43,254 nucleotides of DNA, taken from Candidatus Ryanbacteria bacterium RIFCSPLOWO2_12_FULL_44_26. Its GTDB lineage: Bacteria > Patescibacteriota > Minisyncoccia > Ryanbacterales > HO2-45-13. The stretch covers positions 1 to 43,254 of the forward strand of contig MHOA01000010.1 of the NCBI GenBank assembly GCA_001821765.1, in the 5' to 3' direction. Positions 26,442 through 36,543 of this stretch are shown piece by piece; within the stretch, counting starts at the first letter, position 1; each line of letters begins with the position of its first letter. Below the pieces are notes generated by a model, which had not been told where the DNA came from, did not search any database, and was given only the letters and a program-made list of their open reading frames with translations. The position numbers and the translations under genes are program-made.

Positions 26442-27005
26442 TCAACTCGTATATTCGTGGTTACTCCTTAGTTTTTTGAGGACTTCATATGCCCCCCGTG
26501 CGCCATTGATGGCACGGTGCGGGCTGGGCTCTACTGCCAGGTGAAGATGCGTTCTTATACATGAAAGCGATATTTTTTCTAGGTCAACTCCCTTTAGCAG
26601 TTCCGCGGCAGCGGTCCAGATGTCGTAGCGGTGGTAATCAAAAGGATCTTTCGTGCCCGTTTTTTTAAAACCTTCCTCAAGAAATGCCCAGTCTGTGGTG
26701 TTATTCCACGCGGCGAATACCGCATCGGAGTTTCCCAGAAATGACACATACATTTCAAGCGCTTCTTTTAATGGCGGAGCCTCTTTCCACAGGTCTGGTT
26801 CGTAGCCGGCTATTCTTAGTGAAACCGGATCGCCGGTTTCAACATGCGCGGGTGTTACCTTACTCTCAAATATTTTTATAATATCCATGCTTTCCTGATG
26901 CACAAGGAGCGCTGCGATTTCAATTATTTCGTGTTTTCGAACATCAAGCCCTGTAAGCTCAAGATCGGTGATCGCTAAATATTTTTTTATAAAAGGAGTT
27001 GCCAT
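26442..27005 (-). CDS. DEDDh-family 3'-5' exonuclease
   Basis: ITDLELTGL, EIIEIA, WNNTTDWAFL, HRAING. Confidence 0.85.
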   Translation of the reverse strand: MATPFIKKYLAITDLELTGLDVRKHEIIEIAALLVHQESMDIIKIFESKVTPAHVETGDPVSLRIAGYEPDLWKEAPPLKEALEMYVSFLGNSDAVFAAWNNTTDWAFLEEGFKKTGTKDPFDYHRYDIWTAAAELLKGVDLEKISLSCIRTHLHLAVEPSPHRAINGARGAYEVLKKLRSNHEYTS

Positions 27006-27033
27006 AGTGAAAGTTTATTATAATATGGTGAGC

Positions 27034-27068
27034 AGTCTATAGTCCATGGTCTGTAGTTTATAGTTTGT
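27034..27068 (+). repeat. Degenerate heptamer tandem repeat, 5 copies
   Basis: AGTCTAT AGTCCAT GGTCTGT AGTTTAT AGTTTGT. Confidence 0.7.
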
Positions 27069-27086
27069 GGCGCGGGGCAGTGTTTT

Positions 27087-27151
27087 CGGATTATAGTATA
27101 GTAGCAGTACACATGGATAGCCTCGACGGGATATGGGATGGCGGTAATCCG
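27087..27151 (+). pseudogene. tRNA-Pro-like remnant
   Basis: Acceptor stem CGGATTA/TAATCCG and D arm TAGTATAGTAGCAGTAC intact; 23/30 identical to the 5' end of the neighbouring tRNA-Pro; no anticodon loop or TTCRA. Confidence 0.55.
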
Positions 27152-27182
27152 CACACACTTTCCCCGTTAGAAACCTTACCAA

Positions 27183-27253
27183 CGGGCCGTAGTATAGTGG
27201 CAGTACGCAAGGCTGGGGGTCTTGTAGCGGGAGTTCAATTCTCCCCGGCCCGA
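27183..27253 (+). tRNA. tRNA-Pro (GGG)
   Basis: Acceptor CGGGCCG/CGGCCCG, anticodon arm CAAGG-CTGGGGG-TCTTG, T arm GGGAG-TTCAATT-CTCCC; no encoded CCA. Confidence 0.95.
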
Positions 27254-27309
27254 TAAAGCAGATTTTTAACGCGAGGGCGTTTTTTAATTCTCCTAAGAAC
27301 AGAAGGTTT

Positions 27310-28815
27310 TTATTTCTCCGTTGAAGGAGTCGCAAGGTGTCTTGCAAGCGCCGTGAAGAGTCTTACCCCTGTTCCTTTGGCGCCCTTCGCAAGCTTATCC
27401 GAGTCAATTGCTGTCATGGTTGGAGCCATGTCAATATGCACCCACGGATAAGAAACGAATTGGCTAAGAAACATTGCGGCGGTGATGGAGCCACCATAGG
27501 CTTCTGTCTTGCCTACATTGGCAACATCGCCGAACGTTCCCTTGATGTCTTCTTCATATTCATCCCAAAGCGGCATTGGCCAAAGGTAATCACCCGAAGA
27601 TTCTCCAAGGGAGCGAAAAAGTTCCTCTAATTTTTCATCTTTTGTAAAGAGCGCCGAAACCCGTTGGCCGAGCGCAACCATCGCGGCCCCGGTAAGCGTT
27701 GCAATGTCAACAACGAGACGAGGGTTATATCGTTTTGCATATCCAAGCGCATCGGCCAGAATGATCCGCCCTTCGGCGTCGGTGTTGAGCACTTCAATAG
27801 TCCGCCCGGTAATTGAACGGAGAATATCTCCGGGGTGGTAGCTGGAGCCGGAAGGCATGTTTTCCACTGCCGGTATCAACCCGACGACGTGAATGGGTAT
27901 GTTAAGGCGGCTTATGGCGGCAACGCCATGTATGACAGCGGCGCCCCCGGACATATCCATATGCATTTCATGGATGGCTTTGTCCGGTTTTAAGTTTAAG
28001 CCGCCCGTGTCAAAGGTTACACCCTTTCCCACAAGCACCAGCGGAGCTTGTTTGTAATCAGGATGCTTATATTCCATTATGATAAATCGCGGTTTTTCGC
28101 TACTGCCGCGTGACACCCCGATTACTCCGCCCATGCCGAGTTTTTTAATTTGCTTTTCGTCTAAAATTGTTACCTTTACTTTCGTTTGCTTTCCCGCTTC
28201 CTCGGCAGCGGCGGCAAGTTTTTGGGGGGTCATGTCGCCGCCGGGCATGTTTGAAAGCCGGCGCGTGTGGTTGGTTTCCTCTCCGATAATAACTCCATTT
28301 GCAACGGCTTCCAGGAGCCGGCGTTTTTCGTCTGCAGAGTAATCGGTTGCCAGTTGCATTTTGTGTATCGTCGGCCATCCCTCTTTTGGTGTTTCTTTAT
28401 ATTCATTGTGCGCATAATCTGCGATGACAAGCTCGGCGGCCGTATTTTCAAGCAATTTCGCCTTTTCGGCCAGAGTGGCGGTTTGAGCAACGGATTCCAT
28501 AATAAGTGTTCCTTCTTTGAGATTGGCTGTTTTCATACTCTGTACGATCCTTCGTACAAGGATGCGTGCTTTTCGGTGATTCCAGTTTTTTTTGTTTCCT
28601 TTGCCGAGTATCAGTATTCTTTTCGCGTTGCCGGGAAGCAGAAGAGATTTTACATTTTCTCCGCGCACTTTATCTCTTTTCAGATAGAGACGCAGGAAAT
28701 CTCTGTCTTTTCTTGAGAGCTGCCTACGGGCAGATTCGGGGATTTCCTCTTTTTCAAAAAGCGGAACAACGAGGTCCCCCGTTTTTCTTGTTTTTGTCAC
28801 GAGTTGGATATTCAT
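27310..28815 (-). CDS. pepA: Leucyl aminopeptidase (M17)
   Basis: VGKGVTFDTGG, MHMDMSG, NTDAEGR, DIATLTG. Confidence 0.95.
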   Translation of the reverse strand: MNIQLVTKTRKTGDLVVPLFEKEEIPESARRQLSRKDRDFLRLYLKRDKVRGENVKSLLLPGNAKRILILGKGNKKNWNHRKARILVRRIVQSMKTANLKEGTLIMESVAQTATLAEKAKLLENTAAELVIADYAHNEYKETPKEGWPTIHKMQLATDYSADEKRRLLEAVANGVIIGEETNHTRRLSNMPGGDMTPQKLAAAAEEAGKQTKVKVTILDEKQIKKLGMGGVIGVSRGSSEKPRFIIMEYKHPDYKQAPLVLVGKGVTFDTGGLNLKPDKAIHEMHMDMSGGAAVIHGVAAISRLNIPIHVVGLIPAVENMPSGSSYHPGDILRSITGRTIEVLNTDAEGRIILADALGYAKRYNPRLVVDIATLTGAAMVALGQRVSALFTKDEKLEELFRSLGESSGDYLWPMPLWDEYEEDIKGTFGDVANVGKTEAYGGSITAAMFLSQFVSYPWVHIDMAPTMTAIDSDKLAKGAKGTGVRLFTALARHLATPSTEK

Positions 28816-28901
28816 AGTATTCGCGAATATACGAATTTATGTAATGTGCAAATTCACGCGGTCATGTATTCGTATATTTGTATTTGGTTGGTGTTTTGGT
28901 A

Positions 28902-29087
28902 TTACCCCAAATGTTTGTTCGCTTTTAGACATCTTGTGCAGATTTTTATTCGTTTTCCAGAAGGGATGTTCGCCCATTGCAAGTTCGGATAGCGTATCCG
29001 TTTTCCCGTTGGATTGTACTTTCCGCGTAATTTCTTTCGCTTGCCGCCGAATTGCGGTCCTTTATTACAAATTGCACACGTTTTCAT
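28902..29087 (-). CDS. rpmB: 50S ribosomal protein bL28
   Basis: CAICNKG...RGKYNPTGKRIRYPNLQW...KICTRCLK. Confidence 0.88.
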   Translation of the reverse strand: MKTCAICNKGPQFGGKRKKLRGKYNPTGKRIRYPNLQWANIPSGKRIKICTRCLKANKHLG

Positions 29088-29181
29088 TACAAGAAGTATA
29101 CTTAGGAAACGAGTGAACGTCAATTGCCGATGAGTTTTTGTCGTTTAAGGACAGATTTGATACAATGTGATGTATTGTTTT

Positions 29182-29850
29182 ATGGAAATAGCAACGTTTA
29201 TATTTCTCATCGCAATTCTCATCATGTCTGTTGTGGTGCATGAAGTTTCTCATGGTTTCATTGCGCTTGCGCTCGGAGATTTTACTGCAAAGTATGCGGG
29301 GAGATTAACGCTTAATCCGTTAAAACATCTTGATCCGGTTGGTTCGTTTCTCTTCCCGGCATTGTTGGTGATGCTCGGGGTGCCGCCTTTTGGCTGGGCT
29401 CGTCCCGTTCCTTACAACCCTTATAATTTAAGGGATCAAAAATGGGGTCCGGCATTGGTTGCTGTAGCCGGTCCGCTGTCAAACATCCTCGTCGCTTTTG
29501 TTTTCGGTATGATGTTTAGGTTTGCGGCAATCAGCGAGGTTGCAGCGTCTACAGCATTTCTGACCTTATTGGTTGTTGTTATTTATATTAATATTTTACT
29601 GGCGGTGTTTAATCTCATACCGATTCCCCCACTTGATGGATCAAAGATTCTTTTTGCAGTATTACCCCATCGTTATCTTGCAATTCAAAGATTATTGGAG
29701 GCCTATGGATTTTTTATACTTTTAATTCTTATATTTATTGGCCGGGGCATTTTAGGACTCGTTATTCTCCCTCCAACATTTCTTCTCGCACAGTTACTAA
29801 CCGGATTGTCTCCCCAGGAGTTGCTGGGCGCCTTGGCGGCGTTTTTCTAA
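29182..29850 (+). CDS. Site-2 protease (M50 family)
   Basis: HEVSH, GRLTLNPLKHLD, AGPLSN, FNLIPIPPLDG. Confidence 0.93.
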   Translation: MEIATFIFLIAILIMSVVVHEVSHGFIALALGDFTAKYAGRLTLNPLKHLDPVGSFLFPALLVMLGVPPFGWARPVPYNPYNLRDQKWGPALVAVAGPLSNILVAFVFGMMFRFAAISEVAASTAFLTLLVVVIYINILLAVFNLIPIPPLDGSKILFAVLPHRYLAIQRLLEAYGFFILLILIFIGRGILGLVILPPTFLLAQLLTGLSPQELLGALAAFF

Positions 29851-29917
29851 ATATGTTCATTGACAGGTTCTTACTGGCGTGATATCTTTTTGATGTTTAA
29901 CAGATTGTCTTTGCTTT

Positions 29918-30334
29918 ATGCCCACGATCCAGCAGTTAGTGCGAAAATCGCGAAAGCGTTATACAAAGAAACCGAAAGCGCCGGCGCTTCGGTATGGTTT
30001 CAATTTGAAAAAAAACAGGCCAGTACAGTATTCTTCTCCCTTTAAACGCGGTGTGTGCATTCAGGTAAAAACCATGACACCAAAAAAACCAAACTCCGCT
30101 TTAAGAAAAGTGGCGAGGGTTCGGCTGACGAATGGCGCAGAAATTACCGCATATATTCCCGGTGTCGGGCACACTCTTCAGGAACATTCCGTTGTGCTGG
30201 TAAGAGGTGGGCGGGTAAAAGATCTGCCGGGCGTTCGATACCACGTTGTGCGCGGTGTTCTTGACGCCCCGGGAGTAGAGGGAAGAAAGCAGGGGCGATC
30301 GAAGTACGGAGCGAAGCGCCCGAAAGAATCATAA
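29918..30334 (+). CDS. rpsL: 30S ribosomal protein uS12
   Basis: [32 protein letters not shown]. Confidence 0.99.
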   Translation: MPTIQQLVRKSRKRYTKKPKAPALRYGFNLKKNRPVQYSSPFKRGVCIQVKTMTPKKPNSALRKVARVRLTNGAEITAYIPGVGHTLQEHSVVLVRGGRVKDLPGVRYHVVRGVLDAPGVEGRKQGRSKYGAKRPKES

Positions 30335-30342
30335 ATGCAACC

Positions 30343-30813
30343 ATGCGGAGAAAGAAGAAATTCAAACGGGCTGTAAGACCGGATTTCAAGTACAACAATG
30401 AACTTGTGGCGTTGTTTATTAATCATTTGATGTGGGGTGGAAAGAAATCTATTGCGCGAAGCATTATGTATAAGGCGCTTGAGGATATAAAACAAGAAGA
30501 GAAAGGAAAAGACCCCATCGCTATTTTTAACACCGCCGTGAGCAATGTTGCTCCGATGCTGGAGGTAAAATCGCGGAGAGTCGGTGGAGCAACGTATCAG
30601 ATTCCTTGTGAAGTGAGAGGAGACCGCCGCAACACGCTTGCTATGCGCTGGATTATTGGAGCGGCACGTGCAAAGAGAGGTCGTCCGATGCCAAAGAAAC
30701 TTGCAGAAGAAATTCTTCTTGCTTCAAAGAATCAGGGTGACGCGGTGAAAAAAAGGGAAAACACCCACAAAATGGCTGAAGCAAACAAAGCGTTTGCGCA
30801 TTTTGCGTGGTAG
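30343..30813 (+). CDS. rpsG: 30S ribosomal protein uS7
   Basis: GKKSIA, SRRVGGATYQ, HKMAEANKAFAHF. Confidence 0.99.
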   Translation: MRRKKKFKRAVRPDFKYNNELVALFINHLMWGGKKSIARSIMYKALEDIKQEEKGKDPIAIFNTAVSNVAPMLEVKSRRVGGATYQIPCEVRGDRRNTLAMRWIIGAARAKRGRPMPKKLAEEILLASKNQGDAVKKRENTHKMAEANKAFAHFAW

Positions 30814-30956
30814 GTCTCTCGCGACTGTCCGGTCAAGATCAACATTCAAAGTGCAAAAATTAAAACCAAAGAACAACAGTCAAATATTATCAACTCCAAT
30901 TCTCTTTTAATTTTACTGCGTCGTTTCGGGGTTTGATTTTTTGTTTTTACATTTTT

Positions 30957-33026
30957 ATGCGCGAATACCCTATAGAAAAAACACGGGACATCGGCATTAT
31001 CGCCCACATTGACGCCGGGAAAACGACTGTTACCGAGCGAATTTTGTTTTATACTGGTGTTTCTCATAAAATAGGCGAGGTGCATAAAGGAGAAGCAATC
31101 ATGGATTGGATGGAACAGGAACAGGAGCGAGGAATTACCATTACATCTGCGGCGACGACCTGCTTTTGGCGCGATCATCGTATAAATATCATTGATACTC
31201 CGGGCCATGTCGATTTTACCGCCGAAGTAGAGCGCTCACTTCGTGTCCTTGACGGCGGGGTGGTTGTTTTTGACAGTGTTGCCGGTGTTGAGCCGCAGTC
31301 GGAAACCGTTTGGCGGCAGGCTGATAAATATGTTGTTCCTCGCATTTGCTTCATTAATAAACTTGATAGGATGGGCGCGAGCTTTGAAAAAAGCTTTCAA
31401 TCCATTCGTGAACGCTTAACACCCAATGCCATTCCCGTAACGATTCCTGTTGGAACCGAATCCTCTTTTGAGGGCATTATTGATCTTTTTTCAATGAAGG
31501 CATTGTATTTTGAAGGCGCGCACGGAGAAACAGTCGTAATAAAAGATATCCCGGATTCCTTAAAGAAATCAGCCAGTACGTATAGAGAAGCGATGGTTGA
31601 AAGAATTGCTGAAACGGACGACGCACTTGCTGAAAAGTATTTAGAAGGGAAACCCATTGAAACAGATGAGATGAAAAGAGCCTTACGGAAAGCATGCATT
31701 GCATATCGTCTTGTCCCTGTTTTTTGCGGATCAGCTCTAAAAAATAAGGGAGTGCAGACGCTTCTCGACGGCGTTGTTGATTATCTGCCGAGCCCGTCCG
31801 ATCTTCCCCCTGTAGAGGGTATGAATCTGGCTACGAATCAGGCAGAACAGAGAAACGCGGATGACGCCGCTCCATTTTCGGCGTTGGTTTTTAAACTGCA
31901 AACGGATCCGTATGTCGGGCAGCTTTCTTATTTTCGTGTGTATTCGGGGATGCTTCGCGCGGGTTCTTATGTTTTGAATGTAACAAAAGATAATAAAGAG
32001 CGTATAGGAAGAATTTTGCGCATGCATGCGAATCATCGGGAAGAAGTAAAAGAAATTTATACGGGGGAGATTGGCGCTGTTGTTGGTCTTAAGAGATCTT
32101 CGACGGGGGATACCATTACAGATCCGGATCATCCGATTCTGTTGGAGAGGATAGAGTTTCCGGAGCCCGTGGTTTCCATGAAGATTGAACCAAAAACAAA
32201 ACAAGATCAGGAAAAGATGGGTATTGCGCTGCACCGTCTTTCTGAAGAAGACCCGACGTTTCGTATAAGTACGGATCAGGAAACCGGAGAAACTATTGTG
32301 TCCGGAATGGGAGAGTTGCATCTTGAAATTATTGTTGACCGCATGCGCCGCGAATTTAAAGTTGAAGCGAATGTTGGGCGCCCCCAGGTAGCATATAAAG
32401 AAACTGTTACGCGGGAAGCGGAAGCTGAAGGACAATATATTCGCCAATCCGGTGGACGAGGACAATATGGAGATGTAAAAATTCGAGTTGCGCCAAGAAA
32501 GAGAGGCGAGGGGTTTGAGTTTCTTAATAAAATCAGAGGAGGAATCATTCCGCAGGAATTTATTCCTGCGGTTGAAAAAGGCGTCAGGGAAGCTATAGAC
32601 AAGGGAGTGCTTGCAGGGTACCCCGTTGTTGATATTTCGGTTGTGCTCTACGATGGTTCTTACCACGAAGTAGATTCATCGGAGGCCGCGTTTAAGATTG
32701 CGGGCTCCATAGCATTTCAGGAGGCTGCAAAGCGCGCAGGGCTGGTGATTTTAGAGCCGATTATGAATGTGGAAGTTGTTGTTCCTGAAGCGTTTCTCGG
32801 TGATGTCACCGGGGACTTAAGTTCAAAACGCGGAAGAATAAACAGCATGGAAGAACGCATGAATGTACGGGTTGTAAATGCCCTTGTGCCGCTCGCTGAA
32901 ATGTTTGGATATGTCACTCATCTGCGTTCCATGTCGCAAGGGAGAGGATCATATACTATGGAATTTGATCATTACGAGGAGGTGCCACGGAACGTAGCGG
33001 AGTTAATCAAAGAGGGTAAAAAGTAA
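30957..33026 (+). CDS. fusA: Elongation factor G
   Basis: [39 protein letters not shown]. Confidence 0.99.
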   Translation: MREYPIEKTRDIGIIAHIDAGKTTVTERILFYTGVSHKIGEVHKGEAIMDWMEQEQERGITITSAATTCFWRDHRINIIDTPGHVDFTAEVERSLRVLDGGVVVFDSVAGVEPQSETVWRQADKYVVPRICFINKLDRMGASFEKSFQSIRERLTPNAIPVTIPVGTESSFEGIIDLFSMKALYFEGAHGETVVIKDIPDSLKKSASTYREAMVERIAETDDALAEKYLEGKPIETDEMKRALRKACIAYRLVPVFCGSALKNKGVQTLLDGVVDYLPSPSDLPPVEGMNLATNQAEQRNADDAAPFSALVFKLQTDPYVGQLSYFRVYSGMLRAGSYVLNVTKDNKERIGRILRMHANHREEVKEIYTGEIGAVVGLKRSSTGDTITDPDHPILLERIEFPEPVVSMKIEPKTKQDQEKMGIALHRLSEEDPTFRISTDQETGETIVSGMGELHLEIIVDRMRREFKVEANVGRPQVAYKETVTREAEAEGQYIRQSGGRGQYGDVKIRVAPRKRGEGFEFLNKIRGGIIPQEFIPAVEKGVREAIDKGVLAGYPVVDISVVLYDGSYHEVDSSEAAFKIAGSIAFQEAAKRAGLVILEPIMNVEVVVPEAFLGDVTGDLSSKRGRINSMEERMNVRVVNALVPLAEMFGYVTHLRSMSQGRGSYTMEFDHYEEVPRNVAELIKEGKK

Positions 33027-33048
33027 AGCACATTGAGCAGATGCTTCT

Positions 33049-33080
33049 TACCAGGCACATAACATATTATGTGCCTGGTA
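33049..33080. terminator. 14-bp hairpin between convergent fusA and pth
   Basis: TACCAGGCACATAA-CATA-TTATGTGCCTGGTA. Confidence 0.65.
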
Positions 33081-33127
33081 GTTCATGGTTTTTAGGCGTA
33101 GGACGCAGGATGTGGGATGTTGGCAGC

Positions 33128-33679
33128 TTATGTATTAAACTTTGACATTGCTTTTTCAGGGCCTTCTTGTAGAAATGAAAGAATGGCTTTATGGGTTTTT
33201 AAAAAAACTTGCTCCAGTTCTTTTTGCTCTTTAGATGAAAGCTTCATGAGCACGAGTTTTTCTGCCGGAATGCGTTTTTTCTTTTGAACGCCGATACGAA
33301 GCCGCCAGACATCGCGGGTTTTAAACGCTCTGAGCGCCGATTCGACTCCTTTATGACCGGCAGCCCGCTTCCCGAATGAGAACTTTATGCGTCCTAGTGG
33401 CAGATCGGCATCATCATGAACCAGCAGTGCCTCTGCCGGCTTTATGTTGAGCGCTTTTATTGCTGTTCCCGATTTATTCATAAATGTTTGCGGCAGGACC
33501 AATATTATGCTGGTTTTCCCAATAACTCCTTTTAACATCAAAGACAAACCGTCGGAACTTTCCTCCCAGTTCTTCAGTTTTTCTTTTTTGGCAAACGTGA
33601 AAGCGGCATTCCGACCGGCATTATGGCGGGTGTTTCCGTATTTTTCTTGCGGATTGCCCAGTCCGATTATTGTTTTCAT
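33128..33679 (-). CDS. pth: Peptidyl-tRNA hydrolase
   Basis: IGLGNP, TRHNAG, PQTFMNKSG, VHDDADL, GHKG, RLRIGV. Confidence 0.95.
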   Translation of the reverse strand: MKTIIGLGNPQEKYGNTRHNAGRNAAFTFAKKEKLKNWEESSDGLSLMLKGVIGKTSIILVLPQTFMNKSGTAIKALNIKPAEALLVHDDADLPLGRIKFSFGKRAAGHKGVESALRAFKTRDVWRLRIGVQKKKRIPAEKLVLMKLSSKEQKELEQVFLKTHKAILSFLQEGPEKAMSKFNT

Positions 33680-33761
33680 ATGGTTAGTGTAAGTAACATA
33701 GCCCCTGTTTTCAAACAGCAGTTATTGCAAGGTCGAGGGAAAAAGCGTATAATCTTTACAC

Positions 33762-34337
33762 ATGGAGGAAAAAGAGGCTGCGGGCACTGAAAAGGAAGAG
33801 AAAGCAAACAGCTGGCTGAGGGAATTGTGGGGCTTTGTTAAGATTATTATTGTCTCTCTTGTTATTGTGCTTCCAATCCGGGCGTATATTGTGCAGCCAT
33901 TTATTGTTCGTGGGGACTCAATGAAGCCCACCTACTATCAAGGCGAATACCTTGTGATAGATGAGTTTTCATATCATATCCGTGGACCGCGGCGGGGAGA
34001 AATTGTCGTGTTTCGCTACCCTCAAAACCCTTCTCAGTATTTTATTAAGCGCATTGTTGGTCTTCCCCGGGAGCGCGTGGAGGTAAGAAACGGCGAGGTA
34101 TATATAGTAAATGAGGAATATCCGGACGGTATAGTGCTTGATGAGCCGTATCTGCAGGAAGGGGTGTTTTCCAGTCCGGACACAATACTCATGCTGGATG
34201 AAAAGGAATATTTTGTCATGGGTGATAACCGCTATCAAAGTTCAGATTCACGGTTTTGGGGCGCGCTGGACAGCCGTTTTATTGTTGGAAGGGCGTGGCT
34301 TAGGCTTTGGCCGATAGCCCGCGCATCGGTATTATGA
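33762..34337 (+). CDS. lepB: Signal peptidase I
   Basis: GDSMKPT, FIKRIVGLP, GDNR..SSDSRFWG. Confidence 0.95.
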   Translation: MEEKEAAGTEKEEKANSWLRELWGFVKIIIVSLVIVLPIRAYIVQPFIVRGDSMKPTYYQGEYLVIDEFSYHIRGPRRGEIVVFRYPQNPSQYFIKRIVGLPRERVEVRNGEVYIVNEEYPDGIVLDEPYLQEGVFSSPDTILMLDEKEYFVMGDNRYQSSDSRFWGALDSRFIVGRAWLRLWPIARASVL

Positions 34338-35719
34338 TCAAACGAGCAAAAAAAGAGCCTTTAAAAACGTTAAAGGGGATGCACGATATCCTGCCGGATT
34401 CGGTACCCTATTATGATAGGGTGATCAGGGAAACACGCAAAGTCGCTGAATATTACGGATTTCAGACAATCAGGACTCCGCATATTGAACGCCTCGAGCT
34501 TTTTACCGCATCGCTTGGTAACACCAGTGATGTGGTTCAGAAGCAGATGTATACGTTCCGCGTCCGCGGTGGTACTCCTATTGTATTGCGCCCCGAAGGG
34601 ACGGCCCCATTGGTAAGGGCATATTTTGAACATGGCATGCAAAGCTGGCCGCAACCGGTGCAGTTGTTCTACAATGGGTCATTCTTCCGCCATGAAAACC
34701 CTCAAGCAGGCAGAACTCGGGAATTTCAGCAGTGCGGCCTGGAGGTGATTGGGGAAATGGATTCAATCCACGACGCCCTTGTTGTCAGAGTGTTATATTC
34801 AGCCCTTGAAGCGCTGCACTTACGTGATGTTATTGTGCACATCAATAGTATTGGGGATAAAAACTGCAGACCCCAATATCGTAAAGAAATTAGCGCATAT
34901 TTCCGCCGCAGACAACAATCCTTATGCCGTGATTGCAAGAAAAGACTTCGGGAAAATCCTTTACGGATCCTTGATTGTAAAAACGAGGATTGTGTTGCGA
35001 TAAAGGAAGGCGTGCCGCAGATGATTGATTTTTTATGTGAGTTTTGTAAAGCTCACTTCAAGTCAGTGCTGGAGTATTTAGACGAAATTGCTGTTCCCTA
35101 CAGCCTTGACCCGTACCTGGTGCGCGGCTTTGACTACTATACGAAAACCGTTTTTGAGTTCTTTATGACGGACGTTTCCAAAAGCGAAGTCTCGGGAAAA
35201 AGCGATGGTGAAGACGAACATACCAAGAAAGAAAAAGATACTGTTCCAGCAAACCAGGAAAAAGAGAATAAAAGACCTGCTGCTATTGCAATTGGATCAG
35301 GCGGCCGGTACGATGACCTCGCTAATATGTTTTATGGGAGAGCTGTTCCGGGAGTTGGTGGGGCGTTAGGTGTCGATCGTGTGGTTGCTGAGATGAAAGC
35401 AAGAAATTTGAAGGTACGGCCGGAGATATCTCCAAAAGTTTTTTTGATACAGCTCGGTGGGCATGCAAAGAAAAAAAGCTTTCTTATCACCGAGGAATTG
35501 AGAAAGGGCGGCATCTCGTTTACTCATCAGTTGAGCAAAGATTCTCTTCGGGGGCAGCTCAAAGCCGCTTCCCGCCTTGATGTGCCTTATGTATTGATCA
35601 TTGGCCAAAAAGAGGCAGTTGATGGGAAAGCGATACTTCGTGAGATGACAACAGGTACGCAGGAGATTATACCGTTTGCAAAAATCGTAAGCGTGTTGAA
35701 ATTAAGATTAAAGCAATAA
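34334..35719 (+). CDS. hisS: Histidine--tRNA ligase
   Basis: KGMHD, LRPEGTA, FRHENPQAGRTREFQQ, LVRGFDYYT, GGRYD. Confidence 0.97.
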   Translation: MIKRAKKEPLKTLKGMHDILPDSVPYYDRVIRETRKVAEYYGFQTIRTPHIERLELFTASLGNTSDVVQKQMYTFRVRGGTPIVLRPEGTAPLVRAYFEHGMQSWPQPVQLFYNGSFFRHENPQAGRTREFQQCGLEVIGEMDSIHDALVVRVLYSALEALHLRDVIVHINSIGDKNCRPQYRKEISAYFRRRQQSLCRDCKKRLRENPLRILDCKNEDCVAIKEGVPQMIDFLCEFCKAHFKSVLEYLDEIAVPYSLDPYLVRGFDYYTKTVFEFFMTDVSKSEVSGKSDGEDEHTKKEKDTVPANQEKENKRPAAIAIGSGGRYDDLANMFYGRAVPGVGGALGVDRVVAEMKARNLKVRPEISPKVFLIQLGGHAKKKSFLITEELRKGGISFTHQLSKDSLRGQLKAASRLDVPYVLIIGQKEAVDGKAILREMTTGTQEIIPFAKIVSVLKLRLKQ

Positions 35720-35848
35720 TAGATGTAAAATGAAGTATGCACACCACAGTTGATATGTTCGGAAAAGAGACGGATACATTTATTCTTTTTTCTGCTGCCA
35801 AATTTGGAATTTATTGGTATAATTCGGTTACTATTTAATTATTTTGTT

Positions 35849-36070
35849 ATGGTGGAAGTTCGAAGAAGGGATAAAGAATCGTCAGGTGCGCTGGCGCGGC
35901 GATTTTCGAGAAAGGTACAGTATAGTAGCTTGTTAATCACCGCAAGATCGCTGCAATTCCGCGCCCGGAAAAAGTCCAAGGCACGCAAAAAGAAACAGGC
36001 GCTTCATAGGGAAATGAGAAAAAAAGAGTTTGAGCACCTCAAGAAGCTGGGAAAATCAGACAATGTATGA
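35849..36070 (+). CDS. rpsU: 30S ribosomal protein bS21 (CPR-type)
   Basis: VEVRRRDKES...LARRFSRKVQ; Lys/Arg-rich; directly upstream of yqeY. Confidence 0.8.
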   Translation: MVEVRRRDKESSGALARRFSRKVQYSSLLITARSLQFRARKKSKARKKKQALHREMRKKEFEHLKKLGKSDNV

Positions 36071-36531
36071 ATCTCTTGAACGTTCTTAGGGAAGATTTAA
36101 AAAAAGCGCAATTGGGGAAAAAAGAAAGTGTCAGCACAACGCTTCGAATGCTCCTTTCCGAAATTCACAATCTTGAGATTAAAGAGCGCAAGAAAGAAAC
36201 CGGCTTAACAAACGAAGAGATTATCGGAGTAGTTCGGAAAGAAATGAAGAAAAGGAATGACGCGATAGAGGAGTATCAGAAGGCCAAAAGGGAAGATCTT
36301 GTTGCGATTGAAAAAGAGGAAATTACCATACTTGAGCAATATGTACCGCCGCAGCTGCAGGATGAAAATATTCAACGGGTCGTTGAGGACAGCATACGGG
36401 AGGTAAACGCGTCAGGCATGCAAGACTTCGGCAAGGTGATGAAGGTCGCGATGGCTTCACTGAAGGGAAAGGCTGCCGGCGAGCGTATCGGGGAAATTGT
36501 AAAGAAAATGCTGGGTAACTCCGCTTCTTAG
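36067..36531 (+). CDS. yqeY: GatB/YqeY domain protein
   Basis: TLRMLLSEI, KKRNDAIEEY..AKREDL...E..E...L..YVP, DFGKVMK. Confidence 0.9.
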   Translation: MNLLNVLREDLKKAQLGKKESVSTTLRMLLSEIHNLEIKERKKETGLTNEEIIGVVRKEMKKRNDAIEEYQKAKREDLVAIEKEEITILEQYVPPQLQDENIQRVVEDSIREVNASGMQDFGKVMKVAMASLKGKAAGERIGEIVKKMLGNSAS

Positions 36532-36543
36532 TCAGGGCGAAAC

